A stretch of DNA of 64,000 bases from an uncultured Holophagales bacterium (GTDB lineage: Bacteria > Acidobacteriota > Thermoanaerobaculia > Multivoradales > UBA5704): the NCBI GenBank assembly GCA_963842525.1, contig CAWJGT010000025.1:96001-160000 (forward strand). The letters run 5' to 3'. The notes beneath the pieces were generated by a model. That model saw nothing but the letters and a program-made list of their open reading frames with translations. It had not been told where the DNA came from and ran no database searches. How positions within the stretch are numbered: position 1 is the first letter of the stretch; every line of letters begins with the position of its first letter. Shown one piece after another: positions 30,143 through 41,616 of the stretch. Position numbers and translations under genes: made by a program.

Positions 30143-30921
30143 AGCTCGGCCTCAACCGTGGTGTTGACGGCCACCTTCCAGCGAGGGTCGCGAGGGGTCC
30201 CTCTCATCGGGGTGGCCGGAGCGAGGGGGGTCACGTGAGGGGCCTTGTCCGCCACGAGCCCGGCAAGAGCACCCGCGGCTTCGGTCGCTCCCAGGTGGTC
30301 CAGGAGATAGCCCAGACGCTGTGCCCAGGGTAGCGGCGAGAAGCGGGCGGCCTCGGCAAGCCGGTCCGGGTCGAGAGTCTCCGCCAGACTGGAAAGCACG
30401 GTCGCGACATTGTCCAGGCCGGCGCAGTGCTCCGGGTAGCCCACCAGGTCCAGGGCTGTCGCTTCAGAGGTAGAGACCCGGATAGTGCCCCGAGGGGTGT
30501 TGAAGAGCCGGACCGGGATTTCGTGGGCGTTGTTCCGCGCGATGAAGGCAACCTGGACTTGGCCGCAGTCCACGGCTGGGCGGTTCCTCTCGGTGATCAC
30601 CTGCAACTGCTGGGGGCTGTGATGGGCGGCGCCGTAGTACTCGGCAGCGCTGAGGAGCCCGACATAGTAGGGCTCGCCTAGGTGCCCCATGAGCTCATCG
30701 AGGAACTGCTCCCCCGGGAGGCAGCCGATCCGCCGATACTCTGGCGGGACGATGACGTAAAACCCCCGGAACGGCACTGCGATCTCGCCCTTCCGCATGA
30801 GCCGGCGCAACGCGGCACGCACGGCTGGGAGCGATACCCCCAAAGCGCTGGCAGCCTCTTCTGTGGTGAAGCAATACCGCCCGAGGGAGGCTAGAATGGC
30901 AATGTACTGAGCGGTGGTCAT
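30139..30921 (-). CDS. AbiEi antitoxin (type IV TA)
   Basis: N-terminal wHTH (GRYCFTTEEA), GFYVIVPPEY, YYVGLLSAAEYYGA, VSTSEATALDL. Confidence 0.88.
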   Translation of the reverse strand: MTTAQYIAILASLGRYCFTTEEAASALGVSLPAVRAALRRLMRKGEIAVPFRGFYVIVPPEYRRIGCLPGEQFLDELMGHLGEPYYVGLLSAAEYYGAAHHSPQQLQVITERNRPAVDCGQVQVAFIARNNAHEIPVRLFNTPRGTIRVSTSEATALDLVGYPEHCAGLDNVATVLSSLAETLDPDRLAEAARFSPLPWAQRLGYLLDHLGATEAAGALAGLVADKAPHVTPLAPATPMRGTPRDPRWKVAVNTTVEAEL

Positions 30922-30943
30922 GATGAGCCTCAAAGATGACTCC

Positions 30944-30972
30944 ACAAATGTAACACTTGGCGTTACTTTTGT
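30944..30972. promoter_or_regulatory. Imperfect inverted repeat, candidate AbiEi operator
   Basis: ACAAATGTAACAC-TTG-GCGTTACTTTTGT just upstream of abiEi. Confidence 0.5.
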
Positions 30973-31039
30973 CGAGCGATCTTCATCCGACGCCAAGGCA
31001 CAACCTGTGGAATCATAGGAAAGCCTGGGAGCCAACCTC

Positions 31040-31516
31040 ATGGACAAAGACCAGATCCTCCGCGACCACCACCTCGAGCTGCTGCGAGGCAGCAGCGCCC
31101 ATGCCGACTTCGACACCGTCATCAAGGGCATCCCGCCCGAGCTGCGCGGCAAGAAGGCACCGGTCCTGCCGCACACCCTCTGGCAGCTCCTCGAGCACCT
31201 CCGCATGGCCCAGTGGGACATCCTGGACTTCAGCCGCAATCCCGATTACGCCGCGCTCAAATGGCCCGACGACTACTGGCCCGAGGCCGAGGCCCCGCCG
31301 GATGAAGCCGCCTGGGATCGCAGCGTCGAGGCGTTCCGCCGGGATCTCCAGGAGATGAAGGATCTGGTGGCCAATCCGGAGACGGACCTGTACGCAAAGA
31401 TCCCCTGGGGAGAAGGACAGACGATCCTCCGGGAGGCGATGCTGGTGGCGGACCACAACGGCTACCACCTGGGGCAGATGGTGTCGGTGCGGCAGGGGTT
31501 GGGAGCGTGGGGGTAG
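31040..31516 (+). CDS. DinB-family protein
   Basis: HTLWQLLEHLR, YWP, LREAMLVADHNGYHLGQ. Confidence 0.88.
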   Translation: MDKDQILRDHHLELLRGSSAHADFDTVIKGIPPELRGKKAPVLPHTLWQLLEHLRMAQWDILDFSRNPDYAALKWPDDYWPEAEAPPDEAAWDRSVEAFRRDLQEMKDLVANPETDLYAKIPWGEGQTILREAMLVADHNGYHLGQMVSVRQGLGAWG

Positions 31517-31519
31517 CTC

Positions 31520-33142
31520 TCAGTTAACCAGCAAAGAGTCGATCGTCACGGCCAGAGCTTCGGCATCGAATAGCGGTAGAGGGGTTGTGCGCATTTCTCC
31601 CGCTCGACTCAGTCTGATCAACATCCCTTTCCCATTGTAGGAGGGCAAGTCCAGGCCCATTTCCCTGAAAGCTTCTTTCGCCTCAATCCATTCCATCTGG
31701 ATGCTCGTCGTCCAGGAATCGATTTCTGGGGGCATCACAAAAAGAACCTTTGATAGCATATTCCTTTCGACAAGCCACTGAACCTCCCATTTAACCGACG
31801 TCCGGTTTGCTGGTACAAGGAAAATGGCAACGGCGCATTGCGCAAGCTGTGCGAAGGCATATTGCCAGTTATCGTCTGCAGTTGGAATGCGCCCTCCAAC
31901 ATCCGTCTCACCTGGAAACCCCAGCGCAACAAGTGGTTTCGAGGTCGATACGCTGCGACTTAGGAGAGCTTCCAGCGTCAGCTTTCGAGGTTCCGAGTGG
32001 AATGCAAGATCAATAGCAACAGAGCTGCTGGCGGGATTGCGGAAGCGGGTTTTCCGCGAAAGCTGGAATGCTCGAAGAAACAAAGAGAACTTAACTTCAA
32101 CTCCTATTGTTAGAGCAGCCAAGAGCAGAGACTGGGCCCATTCGTCTCGTTGGTTCTGCCAGTGCTCTTTTATCCGTCTTCCTGCTTCCTTGCCCAGGGC
32201 CGAGAATAAGCCGCCTAGCCCAAGCCCCCCAATCCACTCATCCTTGGTCTCGCTCTGAGCCTTCAGCCGAGCAGTTAAATCGTGTATCGTAATTGATCTG
32301 CCATCAACCAGGGGACTCTCTCGGACGGCGAGCAAGGCGGAGTAAATCGCCCTATGGTCGGCTTGACCGCTTTCGGCACCTGCCAAGAGAAGGCTCTTGA
32401 CCAGGTCTGCTCGATGGTTGCGGAACGCTAAGTCGAGAGGTCTCATGCCCGCCGAGTTTTGTACCGAAACATCGGCGCCGGCCGACAACAGGTCTGGAAC
32501 TATGGAGGTCTCCTTTAGGCCGCAAGCCAGAATAAGCGCAGTGTTACCTTCATCGTCTTCTAAGTCTATATTGGCACCGGCTCGCAGGAGCTCACGGACA
32601 ATCTCATCGTGGCCGTACTCGACCGCCAAGTGCAACGCCGCCTTCCCGTTGTAGCCTCTCTGGTCGACATCTCTGCCGGAGGCGAGGCACTCTCTCAGCG
32701 TGGCGAGGTTGCCCCAGCGGGCAGCCCAGAGCAGAACGGTCCATCCGAGCTCAGGGTGTTCCTCGGGTGGCGGCTGTCGGGGATCCAGGAGCGGATCGGA
32801 AGGAGGCTCTGTTATGAGAATTTCTCGGGCTGCCTCTATGTGATCAGAGTCTACCAACACCTCATACTTCGAGCCGAAGGGGGGAACGATGGACGGGTTT
32901 TCCTCCAGCCGGCAGCTGAGTCCTCGTTTTTCAAGTTCAGCGTAAATCCGCAAAGCTTCCGACAACGCCCCAAAGCTGGCGAGATGGCTGTAGGTAGTCG
33001 GAGCCGCCGCTTCATCAAAATGGGGTTTCTGAGTGACGAGAAGCGCGCCACAATCTGCACAGTGCACGATGTTATCCATATACTCCGCAGTCCTGCTGTT
33101 ACTCTCGCGAAATGCGCACTTGGAGTTAGGGCAGTACTTCAT
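31520..33142 (-). CDS. Low-GC multidomain protein: Zn ribbon, DUF2007-like domain, ankyrin repeats, C-terminal Rossmann/TIR-like domain
   Basis: CPNSKC..CADC, ankyrin repeats (GKAALHLAV, GNTALILAC), and a C-terminal LFLRAF...DDNWQ...VKWEVQWL segment. Confidence 0.65.
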   Translation of the reverse strand: MKYCPNSKCAFRESNSRTAEYMDNIVHCADCGALLVTQKPHFDEAAAPTTYSHLASFGALSEALRIYAELEKRGLSCRLEENPSIVPPFGSKYEVLVDSDHIEAAREILITEPPSDPLLDPRQPPPEEHPELGWTVLLWAARWGNLATLRECLASGRDVDQRGYNGKAALHLAVEYGHDEIVRELLRAGANIDLEDDEGNTALILACGLKETSIVPDLLSAGADVSVQNSAGMRPLDLAFRNHRADLVKSLLLAGAESGQADHRAIYSALLAVRESPLVDGRSITIHDLTARLKAQSETKDEWIGGLGLGGLFSALGKEAGRRIKEHWQNQRDEWAQSLLLAALTIGVEVKFSLFLRAFQLSRKTRFRNPASSSVAIDLAFHSEPRKLTLEALLSRSVSTSKPLVALGFPGETDVGGRIPTADDNWQYAFAQLAQCAVAIFLVPANRTSVKWEVQWLVERNMLSKVLFVMPPEIDSWTTSIQMEWIEAKEAFREMGLDLPSYNGKGMLIRLSRAGEMRTTPLPLFDAEALAVTIDSLLVN

Positions 33143-33287
33143 GCAGCGACCTCCTGCTCAACTCGCCGGTCTCTCCGAGGCTGATGGGTACTGGCTAACT
33201 CCAGGACCTCAAGGCTTCCCCTCCTCAAACCTGCCGGTGGCACAGATGCTGGTGCTTCGACTCTCGCCAAGCTGGTACCTCCCCAGA

Positions 33288-34417
33288 TCAGCCTTCGAGA
33301 ATCGACAGAACCCCTCGCGCACAGAACACCCGGCCTCGCTTCGCGTCCGTCAACGGAGTGAGAATGCCCTCCGCTTCGAGCCGCTCCACTGCCCTCCTCA
33401 CGGTGGTGTAGGCGACGTTCAAACGGGCCGCGAGGCCTTGGATTGTCCAGTAGGGATTCTCCGCAAGCAGGTCGACAATGGCGCCGGGGACGCGCGAGGG
33501 AAGGACGGCGACGGTGGCACGCCAATCATCCAGCAATGCATTGATACGGCTGGCACGGTCCACGGCATCCTCGGCCTGCCGGGCGACACCGTTCAGGAAG
33601 TACTCGAGCCAAGCCTCCCAGTCTCCATCCCGGCTGACGGCGAGGAGACGGTCGTAGTAGTCACGGCGAGTCGCCTCAAAGAAGGCACTCAGGTAGAGGA
33701 GCGGCGCCGGGAGGAGGGCGCGGTCCAGGAAAAAGAGCGTGATGAGGAGGCGGCCTACCCGGCCGTTGCCGTCCAGGAAGGGATGGATGGCCTCGAACTG
33801 ATAGTGGAGGAGCCCGGCCTGCACCAGCGGAGGCAGGGAGGTGTCGTGGAAGAAGCCCTCCAAGGCATTCAGGCTCTCCATCATTTCGGCGGGAGGGGGA
33901 GGGATGTAGGTCGCGTTGGCGGGCGAGCTGCCCGGCGGACCGATCCAGTTTTGGGAGCGCCGGAATTCGCCCGGCACCGATTGGCCGCCGCGGACACCCG
34001 CCATGAGCCTCTCGTGGAGCTCACGGAGGAGGCGCAGGGAGAGAGGAAGGCTCTTCAGTCTCGCGACTCCGTATTCCAGTGCGACGACGTAGTTGGCGAC
34101 CTCCCGCAGGTCCGCCGGGCTCCGCTCGACGCTGGCGCCGGCCTCCGCGGCCAACAGCTCGCCCAGGGTGGCCTGGGTTCCCTCGATCCGGCTGGAGAGG
34201 ACGGCTTCGCGGCGGACGAAGGGCCGGATCAGGAGGTGCGGATTCGGCAGACGGGAACCCTCGCCCGCCAGCCGGCCCACGGCGCGGTCGGCATCGGAAA
34301 GGGCACGGACCAGTGCGGGGTTCCAGATGAGGGCAGGCGGGAGCGGGTCCGGCACGAAGGCGTCATAGCCTCGGGGGTCCGGACATACCGGCCAGCAGCT
34401 TGGCGTTCCTGGGCCAC
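33288..34417 (-). CDS. Fic-family protein (frameshift near 34370)
   Basis: EAVLSSRIEGT and HPFLDGNGRVGR. The N-terminus MAQERQAAGRYVRTPE is in an adjacent frame. Confidence 0.88.
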
Positions 34418-34495
34418 TGTTTTCGTCCGCGAAAAGAGCCGGAGCCGCTATTAGCGGAAACGGCCTGAAACGAAAATAGCACAGGTCGGCCCCCC

Positions 34496-36251
34496 TCACT
34501 TCACTTTCGGCGCGGTCTGCTCCTGGCCGTCCTGGGTCAGGACCATGTGCGTCACCTTGCCCTCCGGGCTCAGGACGAAGCGCAGGCGGCTCGTGGCGGC
34601 CTCGTAGAAAAATTCGGTCTCGGACTCCGGGCGGGCCAGCAGGACGGCGCCGCCGGTGCGTTGGGTGAAGAGCTGGTCGCCGACGAGGAAGACCTTGCGC
34701 TCGTTCTTGTCGTCGATCCGGTAGGTTCCAGACGTACCTCGCCAGAGTCTCGGGAGACACCTTCGCCACCTTCCGCGGCTTCGTAAAGTGCGGTGGGGGC
34801 AGCTCGATGCGGGCCACCGGGAGGGGTTGGCCCCGCAGGAAGGCCTGCATGGCTTCCAGGATCTTCGGCGAGGAGAGGAAGAGCGGGTCGCTGTGGCCGG
34901 CACCCTCGATCACCAGGTGGACGCCGTTCTTGAAGCCGCGGAGGATCTCCTCGGCGTTTTCGGGCGGAGTGCGGCCGTCCAGGGTGCCGCTGATGAAGAG
35001 GGTCGGGACGTCGGAGATCACCGGGGAGCGGAAGGCGTCGCCCAGGTCCGGCACGTTCCAGCCGACGCAGAGGCCCGGGAAGGGGAAGTTGATGGCATCG
35101 GCCAGGAGAGTGGTCTTCGCCTCGTCGGCGATCCGCTTGCGGCGGGCCGCTGTGGCGGCGGAGGCGCAGTCCATGGCGAAGGTCATGGCGGAGACCGGCA
35201 GGCTGCCGCTACGCTGAGGAACGACGTTGAGGGCCAGCGGGAGCCAGTCGCCGGCGGCCAGGCGGAAGTAGAGGTCCGGCAGGACTGCGAAGCTGTCCGG
35301 CCCGGTGAGGAGCTCGGCGGTGGCGACCTGGAGGTCGAGCTTCGAGAGCCCCACCCGGGTGGTTTGGCCGGTCCGCGGGTCGGTGACCGTCGCGAAGGCC
35401 GGCTCCTTCTCGAGCCGGGACAGGGTGGTGCGCATCAGGCCCAGGAGGTCGGGGACGAGGGGGCCCGCGTTCGGGTCTTTCTTGACCAGGGCGGCGATCG
35501 CTGCGAGCAGCTCCTGCTGCTGGTGCGGGGGCTTGTCGGTATGGTCCGGCCCTTCGATGCCCGCCAGGATGGCCCGGTGGATGTGGGGGCCGTGGCGTCG
35601 GATCGTGGCCAGGGAGAGGTGGGTGCCGTAGCTGATGCCCCAGAGGGAGATCTTTTCGGCGCCGAGGGACCGGCGCAGGTCGTCGAGGTCGTCGGCGTTT
35701 TCTTCGGTGTTGTAGGCGGCGAGGTCGATCCCCCGCTGGCGCATGACCTCCGCGCAGCGGCGGGACTGGGCAATCCAGGCGTCGAGGTATTCGTCCTTCG
35801 AAACCGGCCGGTCGAGCGGCAGGTTGCGCGCCGGGGTGTCGGAGCAGACCATGGGCGGGTCCGACTCCCCTGTGCCCCGCTGGTCGAAGGCGATCACATC
35901 GCCGAATTCACGCAGAGCCTGGAACAGGGGGAAGCGGGAGCCCCGGGCGGCCTGGATGCCGGAGCCTCCGGGTCCGCCGGCCAGGTAGACGATGGGCGGG
36001 CCGGGCTTCTCGCCGGTGGCCTTGAAGCGGACGAAGGCAAGCCTGATGGTGCGGCTCCCCGGCTTCTTCCGGTTCTCGGGGACCGTAAGCCACCCCTTCT
36101 CCGCGTCGACCGCCTGCCCGCCGGCGATTTCGAATTGGTAGGGCTGCAGCTCGACGCGGGGGATGGCGGGGGGCTCGGCCGCGCGCAGGGCACTCCCGGC
36201 GAGCAGCAAGGACCCGAGCAGGACTCCCATCTTGCAGGCTTTCGGAAGCAT
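34496..36251 (-). CDS. Secreted alpha/beta hydrolase (TAP-like peptidase) with DUF3471-like C-terminus (frameshift near 34728)
   Basis: Signal peptide, YLAGGPGGSG, DQRGTG, GISYG nucleophile, DGRTP, GAGH. The tail continues GTYRIDDK...APKVK in another frame. Confidence 0.85.
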
Positions 36252-36398
36252 TGAGGGACCCTCCAGAGAAAAGCTCTCTGCCGTCAAACGTTCCGGAGCG
36301 CCGCAGGTTTCATTATGCCAGTTGGCCCGTGAAGGCTGGAGGAACTATGCTGTTTCCCCATTTTCCTTTAGAATGGAGCCTGTCCCCAAGGAGACGCC

Positions 36399-39300
36399 AT
36401 GCCCGACCTCCTCCGTAGGGCTGTTCTTATCCTTCTCGTGTTCCCCGCTCTCGCCGGAGCCGCGCAACCGGTGCAGGTGGCCGACCTCAATACCCGGGCG
36501 GACAACGGCAGCGGCCTGGCGGCAACGGAGATGCTGGACATCGACGGCGTCCTCTATTTCGTCGCGCGGGATGCGGCCCATGGCCGGGAGCTGTGGCGCA
36601 GCCAGGGGACATCGGGGACGACACGCCTCGTCCGGGACATCTGTCCGGGCCCTTGCGACTCCAGCCCCGAAGCGCTCGCGGAGCTCGACGGGGATCTCTA
36701 CTTCTTTGCCAGCGATGGAATCACCGGCCGGGAGCTCTGGCGCAGCGACGGCACCGCTGCGGAGACCCTTCTCGTCCGGGACATCTGCCCGGGGGTGTGC
36801 GGCAGCACTTCGGAGCTGGCAGGCTTCGATCGAGTGCCGCCGAGCACGCCGCTCGTACAAATGGCCGGCAAGCTGCTCTTCAATGCCTATCCTGGTGGCC
36901 TCTGGCGTACGGACGGAACCCGCGCCGGGACTCAGCCGTTGCCGGATCAGCCCTTCGGCAAGATTTCCGACCTGATCTCGAACGGGTCCATGGTGTTTTT
37001 CCGCGCCGAGTCCAGCGGGCGTGGCGTGGAGCCCTGGAGGAGCGACGGCACCGTGGAAGGAACCTCGCTGATCCAGGATCTGTGCCCCGGCTCCTGCTGG
37101 TCCGGCGACCAGAACTCCGGCTGGATCACGACGTCCGGAAGCGATCTCCTGGCCTGGCGCATCGCGCCGCCTCCCCCCCAGGGTGGCTTTTGCCGCGAGC
37201 TTCTGAGGAGCGCCTCGAGCGTCTCCGCCCTCAGTCCGATCGGTGAAGTCTGCGGGAGGTCCGACGAGCCGCCGCCACGTCTGGTGGAGCATGACGGGGC
37301 CTGGTATTTCGGCTTCGACAAGCAGCTCTGGCGAGCGGATTCCTCCGGAATCACCCTGCTCGTCGTTTTTTCCGACACTCCCTCCGAGCTGACCCGCCTG
37401 GGCGCGAAGATCTACTTCGCCGCCAGCTCCGGCTCCTCCGGCCGCGAGCTCTGGGTGACCGACGGCACCGCTGTCGGCACGTACAGGGTCCGCGACATCC
37501 GGCTTGGCGCCGGCTCGTCGAGCCCGGAGAGCCTCACGGTGATGGAGGGCCGGCTGTACTTTGCCGCCGGCGGATCGGAGCTTCTGGGTGAGCGACGGCA
37601 CCGAGAGCGGCACGGTCCGCCTGATGGAAACCGCCGTCTCCGGCCCGGGTGACCACCAGCCCGCGAGCCTGACGGCTGTGAATCAGCGGCTCTTCTTCAC
37701 GGCCGAGCGGACCGGCACCGGGCGCGAGCTGTGGATCACCACCGGCACCCCCGGCGACACCTACCTGGTGCGGGACATCCACGCCGATCCCGGCTCCGCG
37801 GACCCGCGGGGGCTCCGCCCCTTCCGTGGCTCGGTCCTGTTCGGCGCCAGGGACGAGAACGCGGTCGGCGGCGTGACGCACAGCCTCCATCTCTCCGATG
37901 GAACGGCCGCCGGCACCATCCAGTTGGCGGAGCAGGCCGGGGTGCCCGAGCTCGGTGCGCGGATGGGCAACGACTACTTCGTGACCGACAGCACCGGTCT
38001 GTGGATCACCGACGGAACCGCCTCCGGCACGCGGCGGTTCGAGCCGCATCTTCAGGTGACAGGCCTGATCACCGCCGGCAACAGGCTGCTCCTCGGCGCC
38101 GAGCGGCAAGGCGTGGAGGAGGAGGCCGGCTTCGAGCTCTGGGCCTCCGATGGAACCTCCGCCGGCACTGCGCTGATGAAGGACATCCAACCGGGCCTGG
38201 GAACAGGGCCGTCGCCGAAGCCCCTTTCCTCGCGTCCGCGCTACTTCACCCCACTGGGCCTGCCAGGATCGACCGTGCTCTTCGCCGCGACCACCAGCAC
38301 CGAAGGGACCGAGCTGTGGCGGACAGACGGCACGGCGACCGGCACCATTCTGGTCAAGGATCTCTACCCAGGGCGCTTCGGCTCATCTCCCTCCAACCTC
38401 ATCTCCCGCGGGCCGGCGGCCCTGTTCACAACCTACGGCGAAGATTCCGGCGAGGAGCTTTGGCAGAGCGACGGCACCACAGGCGGCACCTTGCAGGTCG
38501 CCGACCTCGTCCCGGGAATCGACAGCTCTTCGCCCAGCGACCTGACCGTCTTCCAAGGTCAGATTTTCTTCTTCACGTACGACCGACAGGGCCGGGATCT
38601 GCTCTGGAAGAGCGACGGCACGCTCCCGGGCACGGTCCTGGTCCAGGAGGTCGCGGCGGCGGGGCTGCCCCGGACCGGCCACCAGCCGGTGGTCGCCGGT
38701 GACCAGCTCTTCTTCACCGCCTGGAGCGACGATGCCGGCCAGGAGCTGTGGGTGAGCGACGGCGCCGGCGCGCGCAGGGTCGCCGACATCCTGCCCGGTC
38801 CGGCCAGCTCGTACCCCCGGTGGCTCACCGCGGCCGGCCGCGTCGTGCTTTTCGCGGCCGACGACGGGTCGACGGGAGGCGAGCTGTGGGTGAGCGACGG
38901 GACCGCCGCCGGCACCTCCCGCGTGCAGGACCTCGCTCCGGGGCCCGACTCCTCGGCGCCGTCCGAGATCACGGTCGCGGACGGGCGCATCTTCTTTGCG
39001 GCGACCTCCCCGGAAGGCCGCGAGCTCTGGTCCCTCCCGAACATCGCCGTCATCACGCCTTGTGTCCCCGGGCCGGACCGCCTCTGCCTGGCCGGCGGCC
39101 GGTTCGAGGTCGCGGTCCGCTGGCGCGACCAGCACAACGGGGGTCTGAAAGGAGTGGGGCAGGCCGTGCCGGAGAGCCTCGAATCGGGGTTCTTCTGGTT
39201 CTTCGATCCGGCCAATCTGGAGCTGGTCGTCAAGGTGCTCGACGGCCGGGAGATCAACGGCCGCTGGTGGGTGTTCTTCGGCGCCCTCACGGACATCGAG

Positions 39301-39819
39301 TACGAGGTGACCGTTACCGACCACGAAACCGGGCAGGTCCGCACCTACCGGAACCCGGCCGGCACCTTCTGCGGCCAGGCGGACACGACAGGCTTCCCCG
39401 GAGAAGGCGGGAAGGTCGTCGAACCGGACTTCGAGCTGCTCAACGCTGCGGCCATGGAGCTGCCGCCGCCGCAGGAATCGACGGGCCCATGCCTTCCCGG
39501 AGCCGAGGGCCTCTGCCTGTTCGGCGGACGCTTCCACGTCGAGGCGCGCTGGAAGACGGGCACGGAAGAGGGGCAGGCCGGCGCGGTGCCGCGGACGGAT
39601 GCGACCGGCTCGTTCTGGTTCTTCGATCCGGCCAACGTCGAGCTGTTCGTCAAGGTCCTGGACGGCCGGCCCCTGGGCGGCAAGATCTGGTTCTTCTACG
39701 GCGCCCTCTCCGACGTGGAGTACTGGATCACCGTGACCGACATGCAGACCGGCGCGGTCAAGACCTACCACAACCCGCCGGGGACGTACTGCGGGAAGGC
39801 GGATACCAGGGCGTTCTGA
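36399..39819 (+). CDS. ELWxxDGT-repeat surface protein with two C-terminal GxFWFF domains (frameshift near 37580)
   Basis: More than 10 ELWxSDGT repeats across two ORFs, a signal peptide, and two LCL.GGRF...GxFWFFDPAN.EL.VKVLDG modules. Confidence 0.88.
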
Positions 39820-39827
39820 CCTCTCTC

Positions 39828-39886
39828 TTCCCCCCTCTCCCGGTTGGGGGGAGAGCGATGGGTCAGGGGGGCCAGGGGGGTGAGGA
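39828..39886. repeat. Half copy of a REP-like palindromic element
   Basis: GGGGGGCCAGGGGGGTGAGG matches the arm of the element at 62454-62672. Confidence 0.6.
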
Positions 39887-40636
39887 TTCGAACCGCACGA
39901 CCACCGGCGCGTGATCGCTGGTGCCGACGCTGGCGAGGACCTTCGACTCCTGCGCGGTCGCGGCGAGGGACTCGCTGGCCAGGATGTAGTCGATCCGCCA
40001 GCCGATGTTGCGCTGGCGCATGTTCCGCCACGGCGCCCACCAGGTGAAGAGGTCGGCGTTGTCCGGATCGAGGGCGCGGCCGACGTCGACCAGCCCCTGG
40101 GCGAGGAGGTCGGCGAAGAGCTGGCGCTCCTCGGGGAGCTGGCCGATGATCTTGGGCTTGCGCTCCTTGGGATGGACGTCCTGGTCGGACCGCGTGACGT
40201 TCAGGTCGCCGCAGAGCAGAAGGCGCCGGCCCGAGCGGTGCACCTCGCCGGCCCAGTCCCTGAGGGATTCCAGGAACCGCATCTTGGCGGCGAAGTCCTT
40301 GCCCCCGTTCGGCACGTAGACCGAGGCCACCACCAGGTCGCCCGCCTCGGCCGTGACGATCCGCGTCTCGTGGTCGAAGGCGGGATGGCCATAGATGGGG
40401 ATCTGCGGGAAGGCGTCCCGTCGGAGGTTGAGGCTCACCCCGGAGTAGCCGCCGGCGCCATGCCAAAAGCACCAGTAGCCGTCCAGGCTGCAGATCGTCT
40501 CGTTGAGCTGGGCCGGGGCGGCCTTGATCTCCTGCAGGCAGATGACATCCGGCCGGTCGCGGCCAACCCACTCCAGGAACTGCTCCTGGCGGGCGCGGAT
40601 TCCATTGACGTTCCAGGTGGCGACAGTCAGGCTCAT
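39863..40636 (-). CDS. xth: Exodeoxyribonuclease III
   Basis: ATWNVNGIRAR, CLQEIK, YVPNG, GDLN, GWRIDYIL, SDHAP. Confidence 0.95.
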   Translation of the reverse strand: MSLTVATWNVNGIRARQEQFLEWVGRDRPDVICLQEIKAAPAQLNETICSLDGYWCFWHGAGGYSGVSLNLRRDAFPQIPIYGHPAFDHETRIVTAEAGDLVVASVYVPNGGKDFAAKMRFLESLRDWAGEVHRSGRRLLLCGDLNVTRSDQDVHPKERKPKIIGQLPEERQLFADLLAQGLVDVGRALDPDNADLFTWWAPWRNMRQRNIGWRIDYILASESLAATAQESKVLASVGTSDHAPVVVRFESSPPWPP

Positions 40637-40997
40637 GCCGGGATCATAGCGGAGGCGCGCCGCAACGGAAAACGGTGCCGGGAAAGCGGAACTGGTGCCC
40701 GGGAAACAGGGACCGGGTCCGCCGGAACACAGCAGACCCGTCCAGGCGGACGGCGGAGCCCTTGGACCCGGGGGCCGCCGTCCTTCTCTGTTGTCAAAGA
40801 GCCTGACGCTCCCGATCGTCTTACTCGGTCGATCGGTATCATCGCGCCTCCTTCAATATGCGGTAGACTGACACACTCGACGGGAAAATTCAACGAAGCC
40901 CTTGACATAGGGCAGCAAGCCGTGCAGTCTATGCGCACGTCAGGCGCCGCTTCCGGCACCGGACGGTCGAGCCCTCGGGCTCAAGAAGGAGAAGCAA

Positions 40998-41372
40998 ATG
41001 TCTGAACGTACCTATGCAGGGAAACTGGGCGCTCTGGCACGGTTCATCGCCGCGCTGCTCGCCAACGCTGCCAACATCCCCCACCTGGACGGCATTCGGG
41101 TCCGGATCGAGGCGATCCTGGCCGAAGCGCAAGGAGTCGCGCGGGAGCAGGCCGCACTCACCGCCAGCAAACAGGAGGCGAGCCAGCGAATCAGGGCGCT
41201 GCTCACCGAAGGCGAGAGGCTGGCGACCGCGGCAGGCAAGGTCCTCCAGGAGCACTACGGCCTGCGATCGGAAAAGCTCGCGGAATTCCACCTGCAGCCC
41301 TTCCGCGGCCGCAAAGCCAAAACGCCGCCCGACCCCATCACTCCCGCGGCACTCGCGATCAATCCGCAGTAA
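40998..41372 (+). CDS. Small helical/coiled-coil hypothetical protein
   Basis: Strong AAGGAG RBS; 124 aa; ends YGLRSEKLAEFHLQPFRGRK. Confidence 0.75.
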   Translation: MSERTYAGKLGALARFIAALLANAANIPHLDGIRVRIEAILAEAQGVAREQAALTASKQEASQRIRALLTEGERLATAAGKVLQEHYGLRSEKLAEFHLQPFRGRKAKTPPDPITPAALAINPQ

Positions 41373-41396
41373 GAGCGCCTAACAAAACCGGCCTAA

Positions 41397-41500
41397 CGGG
41401 CCGGGAGATTCTAGCCCAGGGCATCTGAGGCCGAAGGCCGATGCCCTGGGTCAATAAGCCCCTACAACCCTGCGGTCTGAAAGACCGCGAGAGCTCTCCA
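41397..41500. repeat. REP-like palindromic element
   Basis: CCCAGGGCATC...GATGCCCTGGG and GCGGTCTGAAAGACCGC hairpins. Confidence 0.65.
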
Positions 41501-41616
41501 GTCCCAGACGTAGCGTTGGTCAAACTCGACCTCACGGGCCTTTCCCCGGGGAGCGTGCCCGCCACGCTCCCCCTTGTTCCGCGCCCTTCTCCACAGGCAT
41601 CCACCGCTGTTTAAAT

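Noticed and set aside
33288-36287. 999-aa hydrolase-Fic fusion in the ORF track
   Set aside because: Artefact of two frameshifts joining separate genes through non-coding sequence.
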